Positions 45,729 to 55,879 of a DNA stretch of 64,000 nt are shown in pieces. The DNA is from a virus: positions 32,001 to 96,000 of IMG/VR virus record IMGVR_UViG_3300027741_000029. One strand, 5' to 3'. The notes under the pieces were generated by a model that worked only from the letters and a program-made list of their open reading frames with translations, did no database searches and was not told the origin of the DNA. The first letter of the stretch is position 1. Each line of letters begins with the position of its first letter. A program made the position numbers and the translations under genes.

Positions 45729-46892
45729 TCATTCATAACCTATCGCCGCTGCTACTTCTGGATGATGATCACTAAATTTTTGATTGCGTTGAATGTCACT
45801 ATTCTTTAATGCTTCTACAAGTTTAGTACAATCACTGCCTTCACCTTGCATCATAAACTGCAATAAATTAACAACTTCGTCATTATATGGACCGCTATAA
45901 TTTTTAAGTTTATTATTAATAAGTTCTTTTGCAGCAGCATTTAATCGTGAAATACTGAAATGCCAAGCATCATGTAGCACATTAAAATATACATAATCAA
46001 AACGTTGTTGGGCAATCCATTCACACATTTCATCAATATAATAGAAGTTTTGTACATTTGAAGTCATACATAATTGTAATTTAATATTTGTATTAGTATC
46101 ACGGAGATCATAAAGACGTTGGAGATTATCCATCGCCTTATCCCAATTAGAACCATAACGTTGATATTCAAAGCGTGGACCAATATCATCTACACTAACT
46201 GCTATTTCAACTAATTTAAAATGAGGCCAAATTTCTAATCCACGTTTTGGAAATGTAGTTAAATTGGTATTATAATGTATTTCAATGTCTTTGGCATATC
46301 CCATTTCAACTGCTATTTCCAATAGAGTAAAGTGCTCATCAATAAGAAATGGTTCACCGCCTGTAAACTCAAAATATTTTGAATTTGCTAGAAGTTCAGT
46401 TAAATCTGACCAAAAACGCTGAGCCTCACGAGGCCAACGACCTTTTTCAAGGTTTTCACGAGCAGTTGTATTGCCAGGATGAATATCAATTTCTTCTTGC
46501 GCCCATTTTGAACTGCTGAAACTGCCACATATACGACATTTTAAATTACAAATGTTACCAAGTTTTAAATCAAGAAATGCAAGACTGCCATCGCTACTAC
46601 TAGTAAATTTTTTGTCACCTATAATTTGCCGTAATCTAGAAATGCTATGCATACGTTTGCTTGTGCGTCCGCTATCTTCTTCTGCCCAACATCGATTACA
46701 GTTAGCAGGTTTTTCACCATCTAAGAAACTTTGACGAAGCGCAACCATATAAGAACTATTAAATGCTTCGGTTAGCGTATTTGTTTTTAAATCAATATCT
46801 GGAATAGTTTCATAACTTAAACAACATACTTTGCATTTACCCATTGGGTCTGCTTCAATACTTACAAAAGGTAATACACAAAAGTTATCCAT
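45729..46892 (-). CDS. Radical SAM protein, N-terminal SPASM/twitch-like domain
   Basis: CNLKCRIC, GGEPF; FCVLPF/VCC/CNRC. Confidence 0.9.
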   Translation of the reverse strand: MDNFCVLPFVSIEADPMGKCKVCCLSYETIPDIDLKTNTLTEAFNSSYMVALRQSFLDGEKPANCNRCWAEEDSGRTSKRMHSISRLRQIIGDKKFTSSSDGSLAFLDLKLGNICNLKCRICGSFSSSKWAQEEIDIHPGNTTARENLEKGRWPREAQRFWSDLTELLANSKYFEFTGGEPFLIDEHFTLLEIAVEMGYAKDIEIHYNTNLTTFPKRGLEIWPHFKLVEIAVSVDDIGPRFEYQRYGSNWDKAMDNLQRLYDLRDTNTNIKLQLCMTSNVQNFYYIDEMCEWIAQQRFDYVYFNVLHDAWHFSISRLNAAAKELINNKLKNYSGPYNDEVVNLLQFMMQGEGSDCTKLVEALKNSDIQRNQKFSDHHPEVAAAIGYE

Positions 46893-48192
46893 TTAACATT
46901 CCTAACTCTGGAACAATGTCAAGTAATTTTTCAGTGCGTATTGCATCCATCTTATTTGTACGATCCCAAAACTTTGGTATTAAATTAGTTTTATCATCTG
47001 CCATCATAAAATTAATAGCACTTTCAAACCCTGTCGTGGCACGTCTTAAACTATCTAAAGGCGTTAACCATTCAATATGCTCTAGATACATTGATTTAAT
47101 ATCAGATTTACACTTTTGTGGTAGTATATCGATTCTAAAAAATGGCGGGTCTTGTAGAATATTAACATTTAAATCTTGTGGTTTTAAAAAACCTTTTTGT
47201 ACCCAATCTTTATGAAATTTAGGTAACTGCCATATGTTCATAACACTTAATGTTGGACTAATATAAAAGTCAACCTGTGGACATACACGCAACATTTCTT
47301 CACGATTGCGCTCAGTTTGTGACCAGTCAGTTCCTTTGCGTACTAATTCTGCAAGTGGTCCCATGGCATCTAGGCTAGCACCAACACATACATTACTAAA
47401 CTCATTCCAAAGTTCTAACACGTTTTGTTTTTTATAACGCAATTCACTAAAGTTAGTATTATAGATAAGTCTTACATCATTTTTGCCTTTCTTTAGCAAC
47501 GCATTAAGAATACGATAGTGTTCTTCCATAATAAGCGGTTCACCACCAGCAAAATAGATATGTTCAACATAATCAAGATGCGGCTCTAGTTGCTCCCAAA
47601 CATCTAATTGTGTACGTCCAGCATATTCAATTCTTTTATTATGTTTCTTAAAATATTCTGAATCATTTCCTTCAACTTCGAGCAATTTAACCTGGTCATC
47701 ATACCAATTTGAACTAAAAATATGACCACAACTACGGCAACGAAAATTACATAGATTACTAAAACGAATATCCCAATAAGACAATGTTAATTCTTCAAGA
47801 TGTCCTTCGCCGGTAGTACTGTCAACTCTGCCGATATGGTGACCAAATCTTTTATTGCTACTATTACGCATACTAAAAAATCCAGCATCTTCTTGTTCAT
47901 AACATTTTTTACAAGCCCCACATGATTTTTCGGTAAGCATGTTTGTTCTAGTTTGCCGCATAGCATCACTATTCCAAACTTCTTTAATTGTAGATTCTCG
48001 CAAATTGCCAACTGGATGATCCATTTCAGCAGCGCAACAAATATATGCTGGTCCTGTTGGGAATGCATGCAAATGCGTCCAAGGCAACATACAAAAAGTT
48101 TTACTTTCCATAAGCAAAAATTTTTGTCGTTCGTCTAGTTTTTCTAGTTCAATAAACTCTGGAGTTCTTTCATTATAATTATAAACTGTCAT
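46885..48192 (-). CDS. Radical SAM protein, N-terminal SPASM/twitch-like domain
   Basis: CNFRCRSC, GGEPL; FCMLPW/ICC/CKKC; probable start MTVYNY. Confidence 0.9.
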   Translation of the reverse strand: MTVYNYNERTPEFIELEKLDERQKFLLMESKTFCMLPWTHLHAFPTGPAYICCAAEMDHPVGNLRESTIKEVWNSDAMRQTRTNMLTEKSCGACKKCYEQEDAGFFSMRNSSNKRFGHHIGRVDSTTGEGHLEELTLSYWDIRFSNLCNFRCRSCGHIFSSNWYDDQVKLLEVEGNDSEYFKKHNKRIEYAGRTQLDVWEQLEPHLDYVEHIYFAGGEPLIMEEHYRILNALLKKGKNDVRLIYNTNFSELRYKKQNVLELWNEFSNVCVGASLDAMGPLAELVRKGTDWSQTERNREEMLRVCPQVDFYISPTLSVMNIWQLPKFHKDWVQKGFLKPQDLNVNILQDPPFFRIDILPQKCKSDIKSMYLEHIEWLTPLDSLRRATTGFESAINFMMADDKTNLIPKFWDRTNKMDAIRTEKLLDIVPELGMLNG

Positions 48193-49525
48193 ACCAATCA
48201 CTCAATTCTGGAAATGTTTTTGTAAAATTTTTATCACGGCGTTGGTCATACTGAGTATAAAATGTCTTAAAATCTTGCTGCAATATATCCATTGAACTAG
48301 CACCAGCATGTGGCGATTCCACACTATTTAAGTATTCAATCAGACGACGAATATGTTCTATCTCCATCTGATGCAACCAATGGCTATCACTCCAACGATC
48401 AAGAAACTGTTGTAGTTGTTCTTTACAACGTTGTTTAACTTCGCTAGGCATTACCAACGGGCTTTGAAAACTAGGGAAACGTAAGATATTAAGCGTGATG
48501 GTAAGACTATCACGACCATATGCTTGCTTAAAATCAATCATATGTTCAAGGAAGTTGGGAAGTTTAGGCAAGCACAATCCATTAATAGTTGCCATAACAT
48601 GCATCTGTTTTACAGCACCACTCTTATAAAGTTTAACCATATTATCAAACCATTGGTAATAATTTAAACCATCACGAATATATTCTGCTTGACCATTCAA
48701 ACTTTCACAACTGGTATAAACTTCAACATCTAAACCACAAACAGCATCAATGAACTCATCAATTTTCTTTGTTTCTAAACCAAGGTTACTATTGATGGCA
48801 AGTTTGGTTTGACTCTTACCACGATTTTCTTTAAACCATTTTAGTAGTTTCCATGTATGTCCACTCATAAGTGGCTCGCCACCCGTGATGCGAAGTTCAC
48901 GCAGCGTTTTGTGTAGGTCACTTTCCCACCACTTAAAGAATGCTTCTACATAAGGATTGGTATCGGTATATCCATAGACTTGGCTACTGTCGTGAGGATG
49001 TGTAAAATGATTACGCCCATCGCTAACCAACCCGCTATAACCGCCATTCGTTTTAATATCTCGGACCCAGGTCGTGCTAAATGCAGGATTACAATAGCTA
49101 CAGGCAAAATTGCAAGTACGGTCAAAGGCTATCTCCAAGGTTCTAAGGTTTACATCACTATCAGGTGGAAGATTAAACGCATCATTGAGTTCTTCTTCAC
49201 TAAATATCATACTTTTATAAGGTCTATCACTGATAGCAGTAGCACTGGTATCTTCAATCTTCCAACAATATTCACAACCAGTAGGTCGTTCTCCTCGCTG
49301 CATTTGTGCACGTTGTTTTTTCTTTTCAGGTGTGTTGTGCAGAGCAGAGGGGTTGGTTAACACTTGTTCAACACTGACTTGATGTGGTAGAGGGTGATGG
49401 CAACTAGTAGTTTGCCCACTGCCCAACCAAATAGTTGCGTTATACCATTTAGCTCCACAAAAAGAAGCACTTTTGCTATCTAGAACACGTTTCTTATATT
49501 CTGAATAAAAGTTATTTTCTACCAT
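48179..49525 (-). CDS. Radical SAM protein, N-terminal Cys domain
   Basis: CNFACSYC, GGEPL; FCGAKW/SCHH/CEYC. Confidence 0.9.
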   Translation of the reverse strand: MVENNFYSEYKKRVLDSKSASFCGAKWYNATIWLGSGQTTSCHHPLPHQVSVEQVLTNPSALHNTPEKKKQRAQMQRGERPTGCEYCWKIEDTSATAISDRPYKSMIFSEEELNDAFNLPPDSDVNLRTLEIAFDRTCNFACSYCNPAFSTTWVRDIKTNGGYSGLVSDGRNHFTHPHDSSQVYGYTDTNPYVEAFFKWWESDLHKTLRELRITGGEPLMSGHTWKLLKWFKENRGKSQTKLAINSNLGLETKKIDEFIDAVCGLDVEVYTSCESLNGQAEYIRDGLNYYQWFDNMVKLYKSGAVKQMHVMATINGLCLPKLPNFLEHMIDFKQAYGRDSLTITLNILRFPSFQSPLVMPSEVKQRCKEQLQQFLDRWSDSHWLHQMEIEHIRRLIEYLNSVESPHAGASSMDILQQDFKTFYTQYDQRRDKNFTKTFPELSDWYDSL

Positions 49526-50559
49526 TTAGTTGAATATTCCTGTGTAACAATGTGTGATGCGCATTTATTTAAGCATTCAGAAATTGATCCAAATTTATTA
49601 AACATGTCAGTCCAACCATCCCAATTTAATACAGTTTCCATATTAAAAGTATTTAAATTTAACTCAGATCGTATGAACAAGTTATATGTATTCATATCAT
49701 AACGATTTCCCATCCAACAACAAGGAAAGAAAATTCCTTGACTATTAATATATAAACCCTTGTTGCCAATCCAACATAATGGTGTTAAATTTCCAATACT
49801 ACTACGATTTTCATAGTACATTAAATTTGCAGCAAGACTATGTGTAATATCAGGTGTTCTGTCAGTAAAGTTTATCACATCTCGTGTAAAACGACCATTT
49901 GTTATATATTGCTCTTCGGGTTGAAGTTCGTCTATGCCATTGGTATTATAATTATCATAGTTAATTCCAAATTTAGAACTACGAGTAAGTTGGAAACTAT
50001 CAAATCCTAATTGTTGTGCAATATTTTGCATATTTTCAATTTTATGTTGATTATATTTGAATACAATCGCTGCCCAACGAATCGTTACTTTAGTATTTTT
50101 TCTTAATTCAATAACACCATCAATAATGCTCTGCCAATTACTATTTTTTCTATATGTTGAATTACTTTCTTGGTTCCATCCATCCAAGCTAAAATGAATT
50201 TCATCATATTCATTCAATAGCGTGGATAACTTACTCCACCAATCAATTGTTTTATAACTACCATTAGTTACTATCAATAAATTAATAGATGGCTTACATT
50301 TTTTAATATATTCAATGATTTTTAAGAAATCTTTTGCGTATATCGGATCACCATCATCACCACAAAAACTCATTCGTGTGACATGAGTTTGTAAAAAATG
50401 TGGAGTAAAATTTCTTTCAAAAAATTTCAAACTTAAACTAGTTTGTATAAGTGTATCTGGTAATTCTGTACGAGGACAACGAGGGCATTGCAGAGTGCAA
50501 ATACTACTTGCCTCAAAATGCCAGTGCCACAATGGCCACCGATAAATATTTTTCACCAT
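49519..50559 (-). CDS. Radical SAM protein with C-terminal twitch domain
   Basis: CTLQCPRC, GDDGDP; C-terminal LC..PCC..CLNKC; start taken at MVKNIY. Confidence 0.85.
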   Translation of the reverse strand: MVKNIYRWPLWHWHFEASSICTLQCPRCPRTELPDTLIQTSLSLKFFERNFTPHFLQTHVTRMSFCGDDGDPIYAKDFLKIIEYIKKCKPSINLLIVTNGSYKTIDWWSKLSTLLNEYDEIHFSLDGWNQESNSTYRKNSNWQSIIDGVIELRKNTKVTIRWAAIVFKYNQHKIENMQNIAQQLGFDSFQLTRSSKFGINYDNYNTNGIDELQPEEQYITNGRFTRDVINFTDRTPDITHSLAANLMYYENRSSIGNLTPLCWIGNKGLYINSQGIFFPCCWMGNRYDMNTYNLFIRSELNLNTFNMETVLNWDGWTDMFNKFGSISECLNKCASHIVTQEYSTKW

Positions 50560-52027
50560 GATAGATTTAATTCTCCTCAATGTACCTGCTGTTAGTTTGT
50601 CATATCCACTGGCAGGCACTGCAATCTTAAAAGCAGCCGTAGAAAAAAATGGCTATACAAGTAAGATTATTGATCTTAATTATAACCTAATGCATGACAT
50701 AAATCAAGATTATTCAGTTGCATTAGAAAGTTATTTTACACTTGGTCATTCATTAGACGAAGTGTTTAATTTAATCTATCAACAGTTTTTAGAAGAAAGT
50801 GTAAACACTATACTATCATTAAACCCAAGATTTATAGGAATAAGTGTTTTTACATTTGAATGTCAAAAATTTACGGTTGATATCTGCAATACATTACATG
50901 ATAAAAGCTATAGTGGAAAGATAGTTATAGGTGGTGCTGGATTGAGCACAACTGGAATAGCAACAAAAGTTAATGATTTTGGCAATAAAATGGTTAATAT
51001 TGGATTAGTAGATTATTATATAAGAGGCGAAGCCGATATTGCTATTGTTGAATTATTAAATGGTAATACTACATTTGCTGGTATAAACAACGATGATTTT
51101 AAACAAATTGACGATTTAAATGTTAATTATGTTCCTGATTATGTTGATATATTGGGCAATCAGTATGCCTGGCCATACGGTAAACCAGTTATTCCTATAA
51201 CTGGAAGCCGTGGATGCGTTAGAGAATGCACATTCTGTGATATTCATAAGTTTTGGCATAAATTTAGATTTCGTACTGGTGATAATATTGCTGCAGAAAT
51301 GATAAAACAATATCAGAAATATGGCATTAGAGATTTTTACTTTACTGACAGTTTAATCAATGGAAGCATGCGAGCATTCAGGAATCTATGTGAAAGTTTG
51401 ATTAATTACTATGCAGAAAATAACTTACCAAACAAATATTTTAGTTGGGGTGGACAATTTATTATTCGTAGTTCACTGCAAATGTCCGCAGAAGATTATA
51501 AACTAGCATCAAAAGCAGGACTAAACGGTGTTGCCATAGGTATTGAAAGTGGCAGCGATTCGGTTCGTGAACATATGAAAAAGAAATTTAGCAACGTTGA
51601 TATTGATTTTGCAATTGAAAATCTTAGTAAAAACAATATAAACTGTTATTTTTTAATCATAGTTGGATATCCTACCGAAACAGAACAAGATTTTCAAGAT
51701 ACAATTAATATGTTTGAAAGATATCAACCATATAGTGTTGATGGAACTATATTTGGTGTAAACTTAGGCGGTACTTTAAGCATAGACGAGGGTACTGAAA
51801 TTTATGAAAAACAAGTTGAACTTGGAATGTCAGAATTAGATAATAATTTATTTGGTTTAAATTGGGTTTCAAAGTATAATGAAACACTTACCATTGAAGA
51901 AAGAATACGCCGTCGCATTGTATTACAAGAAAAACTTATGGATATGAACTATCAAGTATGGAATGGCGATCATCAATTGAAGAGATTAATAAAAAGTTAT
52001 GAACGAATTGCAAACAGAACATATTGA
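50558..52027 (+). CDS. Cobalamin-binding radical SAM protein (methyltransferase-like)
   Basis: N-terminal B12-binding-like domain (IGISVF..IGGAG..GEAD), GSRGCVRECTFC, GIESGS. Confidence 0.88.
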   Translation: MIDLILLNVPAVSLSYPLAGTAILKAAVEKNGYTSKIIDLNYNLMHDINQDYSVALESYFTLGHSLDEVFNLIYQQFLEESVNTILSLNPRFIGISVFTFECQKFTVDICNTLHDKSYSGKIVIGGAGLSTTGIATKVNDFGNKMVNIGLVDYYIRGEADIAIVELLNGNTTFAGINNDDFKQIDDLNVNYVPDYVDILGNQYAWPYGKPVIPITGSRGCVRECTFCDIHKFWHKFRFRTGDNIAAEMIKQYQKYGIRDFYFTDSLINGSMRAFRNLCESLINYYAENNLPNKYFSWGGQFIIRSSLQMSAEDYKLASKAGLNGVAIGIESGSDSVREHMKKKFSNVDIDFAIENLSKNNINCYFLIIVGYPTETEQDFQDTINMFERYQPYSVDGTIFGVNLGGTLSIDEGTEIYEKQVELGMSELDNNLFGLNWVSKYNETLTIEERIRRRIVLQEKLMDMNYQVWNGDHQLKRLIKSYERIANRTY

Positions 52028-52499
52028 GTTAGTAATTAATTATAGAAGTCAGGCAAATAATGGCTGGCCAATTATTAGTTTCTATGTAAATGATATCTTA
52101 ATTGATACGATACATGCAGATAATGATAAAGTTAATTTATCATTTAACGTACCCATTGGAGATTGGAAATTTAGTGCAATTCATTGGGGCAAGAACCCGC
52201 ACAATGAGTCAAGCCCAGATAAATTTTTTGAAATTACGGATATAACTATCAATAAAGTAAACATTAGTAGAATAATTCACCGTGGTATACAATATCCACA
52301 ATTGCCCCCGTGGGAAAAAGCACAGGTATCGTGGGTGGGAAATTTATATATGGGACATAATGGCAAGATTGAATGGAATTTTACTAGTCCAATATATGAT
52401 TATTTGCGCCAAGAATTTAATACAGTGGTAAAACCAATTGTTGGACAAGAAACAACAAGAGAAGTATTAGAGCAGACAAAGAAATTCTTTAATCTTTAA
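51999..52499 (+). CDS. Hypothetical protein coupled to the B12 radical SAM gene
   Basis: 166-aa ORF overlapping upstream gene. Confidence 0.65.
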   Translation: MNELQTEHIELVINYRSQANNGWPIISFYVNDILIDTIHADNDKVNLSFNVPIGDWKFSAIHWGKNPHNESSPDKFFEITDITINKVNISRIIHRGIQYPQLPPWEKAQVSWVGNLYMGHNGKIEWNFTSPIYDYLRQEFNTVVKPIVGQETTREVLEQTKKFFNL

Positions 52500-53941
52500 C
52501 CCTTATCCGCCCAATACTTACAATTATTATACCAATCTACCATTTCTGGAAATGTCGCAAGGAAATTTGTCTTACGGCGAGCATCATGTTCACTAAAGAA
52601 ACGATAGAAATCTGCCGCTGCATTAGTATCTTCACGGTGATGTTCGTGCATCCAATCTACCACACGTTGAAGTTTAGCAATTTCATAATCCTTGAACCCA
52701 TTGAAGCGTGTAGCAACTGTTTCTGCTTGTGGTTTCATCCAATGGACAATATTTTGCAAGAACCAAGCATAACTTGGCGGTAGTATATCAATACACTGCC
52801 ATTGAGGTTCACGAAGAATTGGAGTATCAAACCAAATGCGCTGATAGGTCTTGCTATACTTGGCACGAAGTTGTAGTATCCATTGCATCAATTCTTGAAG
52901 ACTTGTGATGTTTAGCACGTTCATCGTAATGATAAATGTCACGCTATTACGACTTGGAACTTCTTCCAAGAAACGCTCAACATTTCGTTTCATAAGTTCA
53001 AATTCAAGACCATGGCGAGCATATTCAGCACGTTCTCCGTATCCGTCGATAGAGACAAACTGCATGAAATGCTCTAGCACATGGTTACCACACATATGTT
53101 TAACATAGGTTAGATACTTGTCAAACACATATTCATCTTGACTAAAGTTAGAGGTTACATTAAGATGTAAATCTTTCTTTGGGTTTTCTAATACGTAGTC
53201 AAATACACGATAAGTATTGCGATCCATAAGAGGCTCGCCGCCTGTCATACGGAAGTGTTTTAGGTTAGGGTAGAGTTCTGGCCACCATCTCCAGAACGCA
53301 TCAACATAAGGATTATCTTCCCGATTCGGTATAGGTTTACGATCACCCCGAAAGTAAGCAGGACTATTATGACTATTAGAGGTAGGATAAGCACCAAAAT
53401 CATTGATTTCCTTCATCCACGAACTACTAAACTGTGGACTGCAATATGAACAACTTAAATTACAAGCACTGTTAAAGTTTACTTCAACATAACTTGGATT
53501 TGGATTCCACGTTAGTGGGTCTTGAACCAAAATCTCGCTAAACTTCTCAGCAGCCCAAGGTTCTCCACTGCGGTAATGTCGGTCAGATAAGTTTCCCGTG
53601 GCTTCAACTCGCCAGCAATATGAACATTCTTCTGGCTTTTCTCCACCAAGCATTCTTGCTCTCTGGGTCTTTTTATGAGCGGTGTTATGGAGCGCACTGG
53701 GGTTATCTTGTAACTCATTGGCATCAATCCTATGTAGTGGTGGGTGGTAACAACTGTTGGTATGACCTGTTGTTAGGTGTATACTGGTCTGCTGCCACTT
53801 TGCAAGGCAAAGAGCGGGTCCAAGTTTTGTTTGCATTTGTTCAGCAGAGAACATAAAGTCGCTGTGAAGATTGCCTTCATTATCAGCAACTGCCCGATCA
53901 CCACTGTTGTCTAGCCGCACTTCTGATGACACTATGGACAT
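52496..53941 (-). CDS. Radical SAM protein, N-terminal Cys domain (paralog of 48179-49525)
   Basis: CNLSCSYC, GGEPL; LCLAKW/SCYH/CSYC; start uncertain. Confidence 0.88.
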   Translation of the reverse strand: MSIVSSEVRLDNSGDRAVADNEGNLHSDFMFSAEQMQTKLGPALCLAKWQQTSIHLTTGHTNSCYHPPLHRIDANELQDNPSALHNTAHKKTQRARMLGGEKPEECSYCWRVEATGNLSDRHYRSGEPWAAEKFSEILVQDPLTWNPNPSYVEVNFNSACNLSCSYCSPQFSSSWMKEINDFGAYPTSNSHNSPAYFRGDRKPIPNREDNPYVDAFWRWWPELYPNLKHFRMTGGEPLMDRNTYRVFDYVLENPKKDLHLNVTSNFSQDEYVFDKYLTYVKHMCGNHVLEHFMQFVSIDGYGERAEYARHGLEFELMKRNVERFLEEVPSRNSVTFIITMNVLNITSLQELMQWILQLRAKYSKTYQRIWFDTPILREPQWQCIDILPPSYAWFLQNIVHWMKPQAETVATRFNGFKDYEIAKLQRVVDWMHEHHREDTNAAADFYRFFSEHDARRKTNFLATFPEMVDWYNNCKYWADKG

Positions 53942-54836
53942 CCCTTTCTGGTAACATGATATCAATATTTTGATATGCTCGCTGATGCTTTTTATACCAA
54001 GCACTTTGTTCAGGAGACATGCTTATTATATCAAGATTAAGACGTTTACGCAATATGTTTGCATACTGCTCACTTTGTTGTAAACCTTTATCTATTGTAA
54101 AGTTCCACAATATATCTAGTTTTTTGAAATCACGAACTTCACGATAATCCCAATCATCGTCAAACATAGTCATATAGGCACCTTGTCTGGCACCCATTAT
54201 TGCCCATTTGCCGAACTCAACATCGCTACCAACAGTACACCAAATAACAAGATTCGCACGATTCCCAATCCAAGTGGCATTTTCAAACTCCTCTGGCGTA
54301 GGTCTACGACCACGATCTAAACATAATTTAACTCCTTCACGGAATCCTGCTTGCCATGCTTGCTGTGGACTGCCATTTGGATCGGTTGTACTCCACACAT
54401 CATGCATAGCCCAATAACGATTATCAAAACAAAACTCAACAGCGGTATGATTACTGCCATCGGTTGCTTCATGTGTGCGCATATTGTTTACAAAATCTTT
54501 TGTCCAACTACTAATGCCACCATTTCCATAACAAAGACCATTAATAATATTCTTTGCTCTCCAACGAAATACACAATCCCTGTTACGATCATCAATGCGT
54601 AATTGTTGATTAAAAAATTCTGGGTTTGGTAGATTGTCAGCATCAATAAGAATAAATCGTTCTGTGTCACTGGCAGCAGCCGCTGCCTTGTGTGCAGCAT
54701 CCGAACCTTCTATACCATCAACTCGTTTTGCCCATGGAGCAAATGAACGCACATATGACCAATTTGCATCAGCATTTGGTTCTTTGTAACTTAGAAAGAT
54801 ACAATCTAATTCACTAATATCAATAATCTCAGACAC
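53898..54836 (-). CDS. GT-A fold glycosyltransferase-like protein
   Basis: IFLSYKEP, DxD motif in LIDADN; probable GTG start overlapping upstream stop. Confidence 0.65.
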   Translation of the reverse strand: MSEIIDISELDCIFLSYKEPNADANWSYVRSFAPWAKRVDGIEGSDAAHKAAAAASDTERFILIDADNLPNPEFFNQQLRIDDRNRDCVFRWRAKNIINGLCYGNGGISSWTKDFVNNMRTHEATDGSNHTAVEFCFDNRYWAMHDVWSTTDPNGSPQQAWQAGFREGVKLCLDRGRRPTPEEFENATWIGNRANLVIWCTVGSDVEFGKWAIMGARQGAYMTMFDDDWDYREVRDFKKLDILWNFTIDKGLQQSEQYANILRKRLNLDIISMSPEQSAWYKKHQRAYQNIDIMLPERDVHSVIRSAARQQW

Positions 54837-55062
54837 TTTTCCATCCTTGTGCATTGGGATAATCAACATCTACAGGAAACTGATAATCATCATGCAGCGT
54901 ATAAACTTCGCTTCCACCACGTTTATAAACAATCTGTGTGGGAAAATTATATGTTGGTGGCGGAGGAGGAACAAATTTAGGCATTTCTGGCAGAACTTGT
55001 TTTGCTAACTCACGTTCTACTTCATCCCACCAAGCCTTGATCTCTTCTTCTGTTAAACTCAT
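54829..55062 (-). CDS. Small hypothetical protein
   Basis: Start MSLTEEE; Pro-rich centre. Confidence 0.55.
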   Translation of the reverse strand: MSLTEEEIKAWWDEVERELAKQVLPEMPKFVPPPPPTYNFPTQIVYKRGGSEVYTLHDDYQFPVDVDYPNAQGWKSV

Positions 55063-55879
55063 GTGTATATCTATCCAATAATTCATCCGTTGCAAAGGTT
55101 TTTTCAACATAATGTAGCGGTCTTGACTGCTTATAATGACCAATAGTGGGAGTAAAATCGTTTTGAATGTCCCAGTTTAATTGTTCATGCCATGGTTGTG
55201 TGCTAAAACAATTCTGCAATTTTGATTTCATATGAACAAAACCAAATCCTGTATCCTGCGGTTTTACATCTAATATCTTTAGCGCAAGCGCATATACTTC
55301 ATCTGTGCGTGGTTCATCATAGCGACAATTGACAAGATAGTTATCACGATAATAATCCCAATCATCTGTAATCATACGCATAGTATCATAAATTTCTTTA
55401 CATGCGGTATCATAGGTGAAATAAGTCCAAGCACTATAAATGTTTGGCATTAGATTTTCATCAAATTGTTGACGATATTTGCGATTGTCAATTGCGTGTC
55501 CATCATAGGTATAAACGCTTTGTGTAAAACTATATGTAAATTGTGCATATGTATTCCATAACCAACTTAAATTGGTTGTGAATAACATATCACATTCTGT
55601 TTTAATCGTGCTTTTGTAAGGACTATATGCAAATGCCTGACATTCATTTTGCATCTTGATCTTGCTGCTTTGTGCAAGGTCATGTTTTAGCACGATAACT
55701 TTATCAAAAACTGCAAGATGCGCATCTGTTACTTGTTCATATGTTTCTTTATCTACAATAACGCTGAAATTATTATCTAGGCTTTGCGTAAGTTTGCAAC
55801 TTAAGGCTTGTAGATAAGCCATTCGTAAATAATCCACGTCTCCGCTGTTCTGTGCAATACAAAGATAACCGTTGCTCAT
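55022..55879 (-). CDS. Glycosyltransferase-like protein (GT8-like)
   Basis: DYLRMA, TIKTECDMLF (ExD), RTDEVYAL, FVHMK. Confidence 0.6.
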   Translation of the reverse strand: MSNGYLCIAQNSGDVDYLRMAYLQALSCKLTQSLDNNFSVIVDKETYEQVTDAHLAVFDKVIVLKHDLAQSSKIKMQNECQAFAYSPYKSTIKTECDMLFTTNLSWLWNTYAQFTYSFTQSVYTYDGHAIDNRKYRQQFDENLMPNIYSAWTYFTYDTACKEIYDTMRMITDDWDYYRDNYLVNCRYDEPRTDEVYALALKILDVKPQDTGFGFVHMKSKLQNCFSTQPWHEQLNWDIQNDFTPTIGHYKQSRPLHYVEKTFATDELLDRYTHEFNRRRDQGLVG

